DNA of 64,000 nt, taken from NCBI GenBank assembly GCA_037441675.1, contig JBBIRS010000003.1, forward strand, positions 1 through 64,000, read 5' to 3'. The notes beneath the pieces were generated by a model, which saw only the letters and a list, made by a program, of their open reading frames with translations, had not been told where the DNA came from and did no database searches. A program made the position numbers and the translations under genes. Shown piece by piece: positions 29,753 to 39,321 of this stretch (its first letter is position 1; every line of letters begins with the position of its first letter). This stretch comes from Planctomycetales bacterium (GTDB lineage Bacteria; 4484-113).

Positions 29753-30055
29753 TTACTCTGCTATCAGAAAGTAGCCTTTCATATCTGAGGTGATGGGAGG
29801 GGGCGTCTCGGATAACTCGGGAGCTCGTTTGTGGCCATCTTTGAACTCCGGACTTCCGTTTGCCCATTCCTCAAAGGCTTTCTTATTTTCCCAAAGGGTC
29901 ATAATAATATATGTATCTCCAGATTCTGGCTTAAGGCAGTAAAACTTGATGAAACCTGGGCGCTTATCAACCGCGCGGGCGCGGGTCTTGAACATCTCCT
30001 CAAATCTTTCCCTCTTGTCCTCTGGAACTGTAATATGATTCATTGCAAAGTACAT
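29753..30055 (-). CDS. ABM-domain monooxygenase, IsdG/HmoB-like heme-degrading type
   Basis: Asn6 (AMNHI), FE.MF..R...VD..PGF, W.NK.AFE.W, F..GH; GGAGG RBS. Confidence 0.8.
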   Translation of the reverse strand: MYFAMNHITVPEDKRERFEEMFKTRARAVDKRPGFIKFYCLKPESGDTYIIMTLWENKKAFEEWANGSPEFKDGHKRAPELSETPPPITSDMKGYFLIAE

Positions 30056-30227
30056 TAAAGTCCTCCATAGATTTAACGATTAGCTGGCAATCAATTTTAG
30101 CGGTATCTGCGACTGAATGTCAAAATTTCGTGAGGGGCTACACTTAACTATATGGATAGTAATAAAAAAAAATGCAAAGACATTTCAAGCCTAAGGCGCA
30201 AAAATTGAACCACGGTTATCCCCTATT

Positions 30228-30317
30228 GGGAGGGGTGAAGCCTTCAGGATGAACTCGCCCGAGAGGGATGAGAGAACGGCGCGGGTAAGCCCGCCGAATG
30301 CGGGCAAGCATACAGGG
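30228..30317. repeat. Composite REP-like repeat
   Basis: ccttcaggatgaactcgccc and aagcccgccgaatgcgggcaagc are shared with 57395-57474. Confidence 0.65.
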
Positions 30318-30376
30318 AATTTCGCTGGCGAAATGAATATCCTAAATCGCTGTGTTATAATCCGCTCGTTCAGCTA

Positions 30377-31882
30377 ATGAGGATTATTATCGTTCTTTTT
30401 GTAGTTCCAATCTTGTTGAGCTCAGCAATGTTTGCGCAAGCGCAGGTAGAGGCTCTTCAGCAGATGAAGCTTCCCGGTCCCAAGGATTTCATTGAGGCGG
30501 ATAGCGCCACATTCACATCCGAGGGCAAGTGGGAGATAGCGGGCAACATCCTTCTTCACCTGGAATCCCTCTTTGAAGGCGCAATCATTGAAGTATCTGC
30601 GAGCAAGATGACTTTTGATGAGAAGAATTTGCTGATTGAAGTTCCCAGCGAAGTTGAGGTGAACATCCCAACCTTTGGCGTAAAAATTCTTGGAATTAAC
30701 CTTATAGTTAACGGTACCGATAAGAGTGGAAGTCTAAAAAAAATATCGGGAGAATTTCTTCTTCCAAAGGAGTTGTTTATTGAGGAAACTGGGTTAGTTG
30801 ATATGCGGTTTGTCCGCTTCCTTGAAGGCTCCGAGCCAAAACTAAAACTTAGAAATGGCGAACTGGAATTCTTCCTAGGAGAGGATGGAATGCCTAGAAT
30901 TAGATTTACCGGGGCAGAGTTCTCCTCAAGCGCTTCGGATAAACCTGATTTTCTTTTGAAAGTCAAGGAGCTTCTATACGTTCCAAATCGTTCAGTTTCA
31001 TTTAGGAACTTGAGGATAACCGCGTCTGGGCTTACTATTCTTTACATTCCCAGACTCAAGAGGCGAGCTAAAGAAGGTTTTGGTCTTCTAGGAGATAGTA
31101 GCATTTTGCCCGGAAGTGACGTTGAAGATGGTTTCTACGTTCTCTTTTCAAATTTTATTGATAAGGGAAATTTCCACGCGGATGTGTACAACAAGTATTT
31201 TTTAGAACGAGGAGTTTGGTCTGAAGGGTTCTTCTACTATGAGCCTAACGATGACACTAGAATCGGCTTTTCCGTAGGAAGATCAAGAAAGAAGGATAAA
31301 TTTATAAGAACAGTTGGAGAGGGCAAGGAGTTTGATTTTTTCTTCAGGGGGAAATTGCAGGGACCAATCCCGCAAGTTAGCTCCACCAATTTTGGCATAA
31401 ATTTCGGTAGAATCAAGCAGGACAATCCAAAGGTCGCGAGCACTCGCGGTTACATATTTGGAGAGCTGACTTCTAAACCCATCGTAATTGGGAAAAAGTC
31501 CAGGGCGATTGTAGCCTCTTCAGCACACTACTACAAATACGATTACGGGGATATGGATTTTCTAGCATTAAGGCATAGAGTGAAAGTCGCAAATGAAACA
31601 GCTTATGGGCTTGACTTTTTTGAGTTTATCCATTCTGACAAATTCGGCTCTTCACCCTTTAGGTTTGAGGATGCCTTTCCCGAAAATCAACTACTTTTTC
31701 AGAAGAATATAGCTCCAGCGCCAAGGTTCACCGCAAGAATATTCGGCAATTATAACTATGACCTTCAGCGTTTTGACAACTTAGCTTTAGGAGTTGCCAG
31801 AGAATTTGATAGTTATTACGGTGGCTTGTATTACGATTTCGCCCGTGGGAGCATTGGCTTTGAAACAGCGCTGAAGTTCTAA
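30377..31882 (+). CDS. LptD-like outer-membrane protein (signal peptide, beta-jellyroll-like N-terminus, barrel-like C-terminus ending in Phe)
   Basis: AQA signal; IEADS, FSSS..DKPDFLLKVKEL.Y.P, ILYIP, LPGSD.EDGFY; aromatic beta-strands; terminal ETALKF. Confidence 0.6.
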   Translation: MRIIIVLFVVPILLSSAMFAQAQVEALQQMKLPGPKDFIEADSATFTSEGKWEIAGNILLHLESLFEGAIIEVSASKMTFDEKNLLIEVPSEVEVNIPTFGVKILGINLIVNGTDKSGSLKKISGEFLLPKELFIEETGLVDMRFVRFLEGSEPKLKLRNGELEFFLGEDGMPRIRFTGAEFSSSASDKPDFLLKVKELLYVPNRSVSFRNLRITASGLTILYIPRLKRRAKEGFGLLGDSSILPGSDVEDGFYVLFSNFIDKGNFHADVYNKYFLERGVWSEGFFYYEPNDDTRIGFSVGRSRKKDKFIRTVGEGKEFDFFFRGKLQGPIPQVSSTNFGINFGRIKQDNPKVASTRGYIFGELTSKPIVIGKKSRAIVASSAHYYKYDYGDMDFLALRHRVKVANETAYGLDFFEFIHSDKFGSSPFRFEDAFPENQLLFQKNIAPAPRFTARIFGNYNYDLQRFDNLALGVAREFDSYYGGLYYDFARGSIGFETALKF

Positions 31883-31927
31883 GATTTCTCTTGGCAGTCT
31901 GAAGATACGGCGGGGGTCCATCAATAT

Positions 31928-32116
31928 GTAGGGCGCGAACTCGCATCGCGCTGGGAGTATCGGGGAAGGACCTGTGCCCCGCCAAGATGAATGGAATGAC
32001 CGCGACCCACAGGCGGTCGCTCTACAGATTGATTGAGGGCACGCCTGGGGACGGGCGTGATCCAAATTTTTGTGCAAGCTCGCCGACCTACAGGGGGTAA
32101 GCTCACTGCCCTACAG
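31928..32116. repeat. Large composite REPIN/BIME-like repeat between convergent genes
   Basis: GTAG-ggcgcgaactcgcatcgcgc hairpin, gccaagatgaatggaatgac spacer, inverted ...gtcgctctac, then cacgcc..gggcgtgatccaaatttttgtgcaag (shared with 51709). Confidence 0.85.
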
Positions 32117-33569
32117 CGGCGAAATTTTTTATCACAAAATACACAAATTCCCAGAATGACGCTTCTTCATCCTTGCCCATCCTCCTCGTCCCTAAGACCA
32201 TATTTTTAACAAATGCGAACGTCTCTGCCAAATCGCCATCCGGTTTCCCAAGCCTTCCCTCTATCGCAGAGAGAAACGCGCAGATCTCTAGCGGATATAA
32301 CTTATGCCCCTCTGAATTGAGAAAGGAGTTATCATAACGCGGGAATTTAACCAAAATCCCCTCACCTAGGTTTACACTCTTTGATAGTGAAACCAAGAAA
32401 TTCTGCCAATCGCTCGCATTCCATTTTTCAGAAACCGAGTATATCCCTTTGCAGCTTTCAGAGAACGTCATTGGTGGTTTGAAATCAGTGGGCTTGGGCA
32501 TCATGAGCGTCGGATTCATTTTCTTTGAAAGCTTGCCTCTTATTTCCCGCTCAAGAGATGAAAGTTCAAATATCCTGGCGGTAAGAACTTTTGCTTCCTC
32601 AGTCTTGTCAGTGTAATCTACGTATGCTTTGAAGAAGGCTAGAAAGCTCGCCATATCCTTCAAATTTTCATTGGTAAGAATTACCTTGCCCTCAGCAAGC
32701 TTCACGAGGAAGCTCTCAATTTCAACATTCTGGCCAAAACTTACCGCTTTCGAAAGCAGGTATAAAAGTTCCCCCCTTAATTTCGCAAGCTCAAGTGAAA
32801 CCCTTCTAACATCATTAGTAAGCTCATCCTTTTCCTTTTGAGCTCTCTCTAAGGCATCTTGCAAAACCTTCTGAGGAGAATTTGAAATTAGATTATCTGA
32901 TAGCTGATGCATTGTGTTCGCCTGAAGATTCAAGAGAATTGCCAGCTCTAGGCGGGCAAGCTCGTAATTCCGCTCCTGCTCACTTTGCCTCATAATGTTG
33001 AAAGTTAAAGCCCTCTTTCTCTCTCCTATGTCTAAGATAAGCTTTGATATTTCCAGTAGTGGCTGAGCAAACTCAAGATTTTCGCTTTGCGCGGAGAGTG
33101 TGTGTCCACCAACTGCTCCATTTCCAAAATTATTAAGTAAAGTCCGCAGTTTCAGCTTTTTTTGAGAAACTTCATATTGCAACTGTGTTACGGAATTTTG
33201 AATACTATTTCTCTCTAAGTTCGCTTGTCTAACTCTTTGTAAGTTCTCTTCCTTCAGCTTTGAGAATGGCTTAGCAGAAAACACTTCCAGCACAAGAGTT
33301 GGCGTTCCAGGGCTTATGAATAAGACCCTTCTCGGCTCAAGCGTATAAATAGTTCTTCTAGCATCAAATTTAAAATCTCGCGGGAAAACGTAAATGTTTT
33401 TATCACCGCCGATTTCTGATAGGTCAAGGGTAATAGGAGCGTCTGCAGAAACCCTAAAGTAAAGAAAGCCTCCTTCCGCTTCTAATAAATTTGGTTTCAA
33501 GAGAAAAATGAAGAAAATCGCGAGAAGAAGTGGAAGTTTCTTATTACCCGCAATTTCAGTCTGAAGCAT
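32103..33569 (-). CDS. Hypothetical exported coiled-coil protein
   Basis: 488-aa ORF, N-terminal signal, long heptad-rich helices; immediately downstream of miaB. Confidence 0.7.
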   Translation of the reverse strand: MLQTEIAGNKKLPLLLAIFFIFLLKPNLLEAEGGFLYFRVSADAPITLDLSEIGGDKNIYVFPRDFKFDARRTIYTLEPRRVLFISPGTPTLVLEVFSAKPFSKLKEENLQRVRQANLERNSIQNSVTQLQYEVSQKKLKLRTLLNNFGNGAVGGHTLSAQSENLEFAQPLLEISKLILDIGERKRALTFNIMRQSEQERNYELARLELAILLNLQANTMHQLSDNLISNSPQKVLQDALERAQKEKDELTNDVRRVSLELAKLRGELLYLLSKAVSFGQNVEIESFLVKLAEGKVILTNENLKDMASFLAFFKAYVDYTDKTEEAKVLTARIFELSSLEREIRGKLSKKMNPTLMMPKPTDFKPPMTFSESCKGIYSVSEKWNASDWQNFLVSLSKSVNLGEGILVKFPRYDNSFLNSEGHKLYPLEICAFLSAIEGRLGKPDGDLAETFAFVKNMVLGTRRMGKDEEASFWEFVYFVIKNFAAVGQ

Positions 33570-33575
33570 CAGCTT

Positions 33576-35030
33576 TCAAACCTCCACACCCTTGAAGGAC
33601 GAAACTACCACCTCATTTATTCTAACATTGGTAAACTCTCCAGGATTTTTTCTTGTTGATGGAATTTCCACCGGTTTATTAAAGGCAGTCCGCGCAATTG
33701 AGAACTTATCCCGTTTAACCTCAACAATGGCGGGAAGCACTTTCCCGATGTATTTAGCGTTAACCTCTTGTGAAATTTCCCGTTGGAGAAGTATAAGCTC
33801 GTTCAGCCAGACTTTCTTCTCAAGCCTACTTTGCGGGTCGCTATACCTGGCCGCTAGCGTTCCCTTCCTTGGGGAAAAAGCAAACATAAATGCGTCATTA
33901 AAACGAACTTCCTTGGCGAGCTTCAGCGTCTCTTCAAACTCTTCTCTAGTTTCTCCTGGAAAGCCAACGATAATATCCGTGGTGAGGAACAAATCGTCCC
34001 GTGCCTTTCTCGCCTTCTCCACCTTCTCTAAATACTCCTTAACGGTATACTTCCTCCTCATCAGAGCCAAAATCCTCTCTGAACCCGCCTGCACTGGTAG
34101 GTGCAAAATGGGCGTTATGCGCGGGTTTGCCACAACTTTACTGATAATCTCATCATTCAAGTCGTATGGATGGGACGTAAGATAGGACAACCACGGCACG
34201 TCCGTCTGCATTAAAACAGCGTCAATCAAATCAACGAAGTTGGGGTCAAAGTTATAGTCGCTTCCATATGAAAGAATGTTCTGCCCAAGAAGAGTCACAT
34301 CGTTAAAGCCGGCGGATCTAAAAAACTTGACTTGCTTCACAACTTCTCTTATCGGCACGCTAGTTTCCCGTCCACGAACTCTTGGAACGATGCAAAAACT
34401 GCAAACGTGGTTGCATCCCCTTAAGACGGTCACGAGCGCGCTGTGGCGCGTCTCCATCAAAGATGGAAACTCCTCCGTTGGGCTTGTCTCTCCGCTTGAT
34501 GCTTCCGTGCAACTCTCTAGCGCGCCTTTTCTTTCCCCATCTACAAGAACAGTCATCTCAAATCCACCCTTGACTTGCGGAAATGTAAAAACATTCTCTA
34601 ACTCAGATAGGACAATAGTAGGTTCGCTAGTCTTCACGAGCAGGTCCACATATGGAAACTTCTTCTCCACCAAATCTCCACTCTTTGGAACAAGGCAACC
34701 AAAGACTACAATCTTAGGTTCAATTGAATTTCGAGCGATACCGCCATCCACAGCACTCAACGCGCCATGCACCTTTGGTTCATCCACCTTAAGCTTCGCG
34801 CTGAGCTCGCCTTTTTGCTTCAGCGGCTTAAGCGCGCCTATGAAAGAAAATGCTTTATCCTCAGCTTTTTCACGGACAACGCAGGTATTGACAAGGATTA
34901 AGTCAGCAAGATTAACATCGGTAACCTGCACGCCACCACGTGCCACGAGCTGGCGAGCTATCTCGTCATCATCCGCCACGTTCATCTGGCAACCAAAGGT
35001 TTTTGTCGCAAACGTGAACATCAATCTCAA
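33576..35030 (-). CDS. miaB: tRNA-2-methylthio-N6-dimethylallyladenosine synthase
   Basis: TFGCQMN, NTCVVREKAE, GC, GCNHVCSFCIVPRVRG, HLPVQAGS, TDIIVGFPGET, TRAM-like end. Confidence 0.93.
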   Translation of the reverse strand: MRLMFTFATKTFGCQMNVADDDEIARQLVARGGVQVTDVNLADLILVNTCVVREKAEDKAFSFIGALKPLKQKGELSAKLKVDEPKVHGALSAVDGGIARNSIEPKIVVFGCLVPKSGDLVEKKFPYVDLLVKTSEPTIVLSELENVFTFPQVKGGFEMTVLVDGERKGALESCTEASSGETSPTEEFPSLMETRHSALVTVLRGCNHVCSFCIVPRVRGRETSVPIREVVKQVKFFRSAGFNDVTLLGQNILSYGSDYNFDPNFVDLIDAVLMQTDVPWLSYLTSHPYDLNDEIISKVVANPRITPILHLPVQAGSERILALMRRKYTVKEYLEKVEKARKARDDLFLTTDIIVGFPGETREEFEETLKLAKEVRFNDAFMFAFSPRKGTLAARYSDPQSRLEKKVWLNELILLQREISQEVNAKYIGKVLPAIVEVKRDKFSIARTAFNKPVEIPSTRKNPGEFTNVRINEVVVSSFKGVEV

Positions 35031-35140
35031 TTATATTATTACCTGAAATCCATTCTCCTAAGCTCAAGCTTACATCTAGGAAGGGAAAATAGCGAAAGCG
35101 GAAAAATTTATTTCTCGCTAGCTTCTGATACAATCAAAAT

Positions 35141-36574
35141 TTGATGGAAGAGAAGATAACCTTTGAGCTAAGGGATATACCGAGTGTCGCATCGCTCATT
35201 GAAGAGGAGAAGATAAAAAGTATTGCACAGGGGAAAATCCCGCTTGCCACAGTGAAAAATGAGATTAAGTCTGCGCTTGAGGAGCTTAGGAGAAAAAGAG
35301 TTTCCGAAGGTACAAAGGGCGCGAAGAGGCTAAGCAAAGCTTTGCTTTACGAATTAGCATGCAGGCAAGTTGTAGAGAGGATAAATAAGCTTTCAAGAAG
35401 TATGACAATGCGAGTCATCAATGGAACTGGCATCCTGGTTCATACGAATCTTGGGCGCTCGCCATTTTCTCAAGATCTTTGGAATGAAGCGGGGAAGAGG
35501 CTCTGCGGATACCTAAACTTGGAGTATGATTTAACCCTGGGTGAACGCTCAAGGCGTGGGCGATTCTCTGAAAGGCTACTAAAGGATTTAACGGGCGCGG
35601 AAGGAGCTCTCATTGTGAACAACTGCGCAGGCGCTCTATTTCTCATTTTAAGAGCACTTTGTCACAAAAAGGAGGTAATTGTTTCACGTGGAGAGCTGGT
35701 TCAAATTGGAGGCGGATTTAGGATACCTGAAATTATAAGTACTGCAGGCGCGAAAATTTGTGAAGTCGGCACCACTAATCAAACTACCCTTCAGGATTAT
35801 CAAAATGCAATCTCCGAAAAATCCTCCGCAATTTGCAAGGTTCATAAGAGTAACTTCCAGCAGGTAGGCTTCGTCCAAGAGGTTCAGACCGCAGAACTTA
35901 TCTTTCTTGCCAAGAAGCACAACCTTATACTAGTTGAAGATATTGGTTCTGCGACTGTTATTCCCGAAAATGAAGCCAACAAGCTTGGGCTTAATCATCC
36001 ATCTTTATCGATTAGGCTTGGCGCCGACCTCATCACATTCTCCGCGGACAAGATACTAGGGCTTTGCCAGGGAGGGATAATTCTTGGCAGGGCTGATTTG
36101 ATTGAGCGCTTGCGAAAGTCGCCTATCTACCGAACCATTCGCCCTGATAGAACCATCTTAACGCTTCTCGAGGAGGGGCTGAAGCTTATCGCGGATGGGA
36201 ATTGGAAAAAGATTGTCTTTTACTCCTTGATAACTCAAGATATCAAAAACCTGAAAGCACGGGCGGATGCGCTATGCAAGCGCCTTTTTGATAATGGCGT
36301 GATGGCTAAAGCGGTCGCTACCACTTCTGAGATTGGCGGTGGAATTGCCGGAAAAGAAATTCCCTCCTACGCTGTGCAAATATCTAGAGCTTCCCTTGGT
36401 AGCGGTGAAAAGCTCAAGAAGCTTGCAGGGCTTTTGCGAGATTTTGAGCCACCCGTCATTGCGAAATTGGCACAGGGCGCGCTTATCCTAGACCTGAGAA
36501 CCGTTTTTGAAAACGAGGAAAAGGACCTTGTCCGCGCATTGACTACCTGTGTCAGTAGGCTAGCTAATCGCTAG
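35141..36574 (+). CDS. selA: L-seryl-tRNA(Sec) selenium transferase
   Basis: RVINGTGILVHTNLGRSP, NLEYDL..G.RS.R, VSRGELVQIGGGFRIP, EVGTTN.T, KVHKSNF, FSADKILG, LDLRT. Confidence 0.93.
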   Translation: MMEEKITFELRDIPSVASLIEEEKIKSIAQGKIPLATVKNEIKSALEELRRKRVSEGTKGAKRLSKALLYELACRQVVERINKLSRSMTMRVINGTGILVHTNLGRSPFSQDLWNEAGKRLCGYLNLEYDLTLGERSRRGRFSERLLKDLTGAEGALIVNNCAGALFLILRALCHKKEVIVSRGELVQIGGGFRIPEIISTAGAKICEVGTTNQTTLQDYQNAISEKSSAICKVHKSNFQQVGFVQEVQTAELIFLAKKHNLILVEDIGSATVIPENEANKLGLNHPSLSIRLGADLITFSADKILGLCQGGIILGRADLIERLRKSPIYRTIRPDRTILTLLEEGLKLIADGNWKKIVFYSLITQDIKNLKARADALCKRLFDNGVMAKAVATTSEIGGGIAGKEIPSYAVQISRASLGSGEKLKKLAGLLRDFEPPVIAKLAQGALILDLRTVFENEEKDLVRALTTCVSRLANR

Positions 36575-36640
36575 GGAAAGAGCATCAATCCTGCAAAGGG
36601 AAATGATGAATGGATAAAGTTTAGCGGGAACGGGTAGAGC

Positions 36641-36832
36641 CTACTTTCTTTTCTTTTTGGCAGCGGGAAAGAGAACAATTAAGAAAACCGCAGATGATAA
36701 TAATGACGCAAGAGACGCAATACCAGCAGGCTCTGTTAGTAAGTCTGGGGAGAAGTAATCAATCAGGGCAAAAACGCCAGCATTAAGTATTAGGGCTACA
36801 ATAAGTCCAATTATCCACTTTATAAAAAACAT
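36641..36832 (-). CDS. Small two-TM membrane protein
   Basis: GGAGGTG RBS before ATG 36832; two hydrophobic helices and a basic tail. Confidence 0.7.
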   Translation of the reverse strand: MFFIKWIIGLIVALILNAGVFALIDYFSPDLLTEPAGIASLASLLSSAVFLIVLFPAAKKKRK

Positions 36833-36969
36833 TCGCACCTCCAAGAGTTATTCAATTATACACGTTGACAAAGAATGCTGAGGTTAATTTAACTTGCTTT
36901 TTCCTACACAACGCTGAGCTCAAGTGCTTTCAATTCTCTAGCCCAGCGCGTCCCCGCCGTGGGTAATGC

Positions 36970-37107
36970 CACGGGAGAGGACGCCCGTGATTCAAATAGA
37001 GGTACTGTAGAGCGCGAGCTCGTATCGCGCCGAAACTGTAGGGCGTTGACCTGTGCGAAGCCAAGATGAATGTAATGACGGCGACCCACAGTTGGTAGCC
37101 CTACAGG
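36970..37107. repeat. Composite REPIN/BIME-like repeat
   Basis: cacggg..cccgtg hairpin, two GTAG-headed units, gccaagatgaatgtaatgac spacer, inverted ggcgacccacagttggtagccctac. Confidence 0.85.
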
Positions 37108-37117
37108 TTAATGTGGG

Positions 37118-39082
37118 TCAATTGATCTTACTCACGCTCCCCTTGACGTTTCGCTTCATTCTTTCCAGCGCCAACACCAATCCCGTAATATCCGCAGGGC
37201 GGATTCCGGGAATACGAGTCGCCTGCGCAACAGTCCTTGGCCTAACCCGCGCAAGCTTCTCCCTACCTTCCAGGCTTATTGCAGTTATCCCCTCGTATTC
37301 AAGCCAGTCGGGTATTCTCATATCTTCATACTTCCTCACCTTCTCAATCTCCTGCATCTGCCGAGCTATGTATCCCTCGTATCGCTTCTCCGTGTAGATG
37401 TGTCTTAAAGCCTGCCGATTTAACGCATCTTGGTTGACTTCGCCATCTGCTTCGCCCTCTTCTACCATAGCCAGCTCGCCATTCAACCTCTTTTCAACCT
37501 CAGTGGTAAAATCATCCTCTCTTACCCTTGGAAATTTCGGTAGTTCTGAAAGGGGAACGCATTCCTTTAATTGGATTTCTCCGATTGAACATCCCGCAGG
37601 AACCTTCGTGCGTCCAGCAAACTCCGTGAAGATTAGAAGTCTCTTTCTTAGAGCGCGCAGTACTCTGAACTTTTCCTCCGGCAGAAGTCCCCATTCATAG
37701 GCGATTTCTCCAAGTCGCAGAGCCACATTATCATGCCTGAGTAATAGCCGATACTCGCAGGTTGAGGTAAACATCCTGTAAGGCTCTTCCGTTCCGCGTG
37801 TCACCAGGTCGTCAATTAACACGCCGATATAGGAATTAGTCCTGTCAAGAGGCAGAGGAGGTTTTCCTAGAAGAGAAAGTCCGGCGGATGCACCTGCCAC
37901 CAGTCCCTGCGCACCTGCCTCCTCGTATCCAGTCGTCCCGTTTATCTGTCCCGCGAAGTATAGCCCCTTTACTTTCTTCGTTTCTAAAGTTCTATGCAGG
38001 TTGACGGGATTGTGAAAGTCATACTCAACAGCGTATCCGGGACGGATTATCATCGCTCTCTCTAGCCCAGGCACGCGCCTAACCATCTCAAACTGCACCA
38101 TCAACGGAAGAGATGTGGACAAGCCTTGGATGTAAACTAGCCTCGTCGTCTGGCCATCAGGTTCAAGGAAAATTGGATGAGTTAACTTTCCCGGAAACTT
38201 CTTGACCTTATCCTCAATGGAGGGGCAGTAGCGAGGACCTCTGCCTACAATCTGCCCCGAGTAAAGCGCGGATTTGTCAATGTTCGCCTCAATTACTTTG
38301 ATTGTTTCCTCTGTTGTGAAAGTCTGCCATACGGGAAGAAGTCTTGGCGGTATCTCCGAGAGACAGTAATTTCTAAAGGTTTCCCTGCGCCATTCGGAAA
38401 TTTGCGGAGAGAGCGCAGTGTAATCCAAGGTGAATTTATCAAGCCTGGGACTAGTACCAGTCTTCAGGCGTCCAAACTCAAAGCCAATTTTCTCAAGGGA
38501 GTTGCCAAGCTCAACGCTTGCCCTCTCGCCCCATCTGCCACCGGAGTACCTGTTCTCCCCGATGAAAAGTTTTCCCCGTAAGAATGTTCCCGGCGCTATG
38601 ATAACCCTTGGCGCATTTAGGATTCTGCCATCGGAAAGTGCTACTCCCTTGACCCTAAACTCGTATCCTTGCGATAAATCATCCTCCGACCAGAGTTTTT
38701 CTGTCAGCACATCCACCACTTCGCCTTCCAAAAGAGTAATGTTGGGGGTGCTCTCAAGAGTCTTGCGCATAACTTCGGAGTAACGTTGTCTATCCGATTG
38801 AGCGCGAAGAGTCTGGACTGCAGGACCTTTGCCCGTGTTTAGCATACGGATATTCACGTAAGTCTTATCGGTAATTTCACCCATCAATCCCCCGAGCGCG
38901 TCAATCTCTCTGGTGAGATGCCCCTTGGCAGGTCCACCAATGGAGGGATTACAGCTCATTTTCGCGATTGTATCTAGGCTTAACGTGACAAGCGCAGTCT
39001 TTAGCTTTAGGCGTGCGGAAGCGTACGCAGCTTCACATCCCGCATGCCCACCGCCAACTACAATCACATCAAAGATGTTCAT
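37118..39082 (-). CDS. mnmG: tRNA uridine-5-carboxymethylaminomethyl modification enzyme
   Basis: [59 protein letters not shown]. Confidence 0.97.
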   Translation of the reverse strand: MNIFDVIVVGGGHAGCEAAYASARLKLKTALVTLSLDTIAKMSCNPSIGGPAKGHLTREIDALGGLMGEITDKTYVNIRMLNTGKGPAVQTLRAQSDRQRYSEVMRKTLESTPNITLLEGEVVDVLTEKLWSEDDLSQGYEFRVKGVALSDGRILNAPRVIIAPGTFLRGKLFIGENRYSGGRWGERASVELGNSLEKIGFEFGRLKTGTSPRLDKFTLDYTALSPQISEWRRETFRNYCLSEIPPRLLPVWQTFTTEETIKVIEANIDKSALYSGQIVGRGPRYCPSIEDKVKKFPGKLTHPIFLEPDGQTTRLVYIQGLSTSLPLMVQFEMVRRVPGLERAMIIRPGYAVEYDFHNPVNLHRTLETKKVKGLYFAGQINGTTGYEEAGAQGLVAGASAGLSLLGKPPLPLDRTNSYIGVLIDDLVTRGTEEPYRMFTSTCEYRLLLRHDNVALRLGEIAYEWGLLPEEKFRVLRALRKRLLIFTEFAGRTKVPAGCSIGEIQLKECVPLSELPKFPRVREDDFTTEVEKRLNGELAMVEEGEADGEVNQDALNRQALRHIYTEKRYEGYIARQMQEIEKVRKYEDMRIPDWLEYEGITAISLEGREKLARVRPRTVAQATRIPGIRPADITGLVLALERMKRNVKGSVSKIN

Positions 39083-39222
39083 ATCAGTAGTTTACTACAT
39101 AAATAGCAAATACTGATAAACCTCTGAAAGAGATGTGGACACCACCATTTACTACCCTAGCTTACAATCTTTTCAAACACTCGTTCATTGAAGAAGAATA
39201 ATTTTATTAAATGAAATTTCTT

Positions 39223-39292
39223 GTAGGGCGCGAACTCGTATCGCGCCAAGATGAAAGAAATAACGGAGACCCATAGGAGCTCGCCCTACAGG
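39223..39292. repeat. Minimal REPIN-like unit (two inverted GTAG-REPs + spacer)
   Basis: GTAG-GGCGCGA-actcgta-TCGCGCC-aagatgaaagaaataac-ggagacccataggagctcgccCTAC. Confidence 0.85.
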
Positions 39293-39321
39293 TTTAGTTG
39301 GGAGGTGGACAAGTTTTAGCT

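Noticed and set aside
31728..32106. Short ORFs at 31728-32106, 36904-37089, 54222-54488 and 61913-62095
   Set aside because: They are translations of REP-like repeat DNA.
33592..35046. Long antisense ORFs (197 and 256 aa) opposite miaB, and similar ones opposite metK, mnmG, feoB and glyA
   Set aside because: They fully overlap well-conserved genes on the other strand, have no recognisable motifs and are typical antisense shadows.
35141..36574. A complete selenocysteine locus (selB, selC, selD) next to selA
   Set aside because: No tRNA-Sec, SelB or SelD is recognisable in the window; selA stands alone here.
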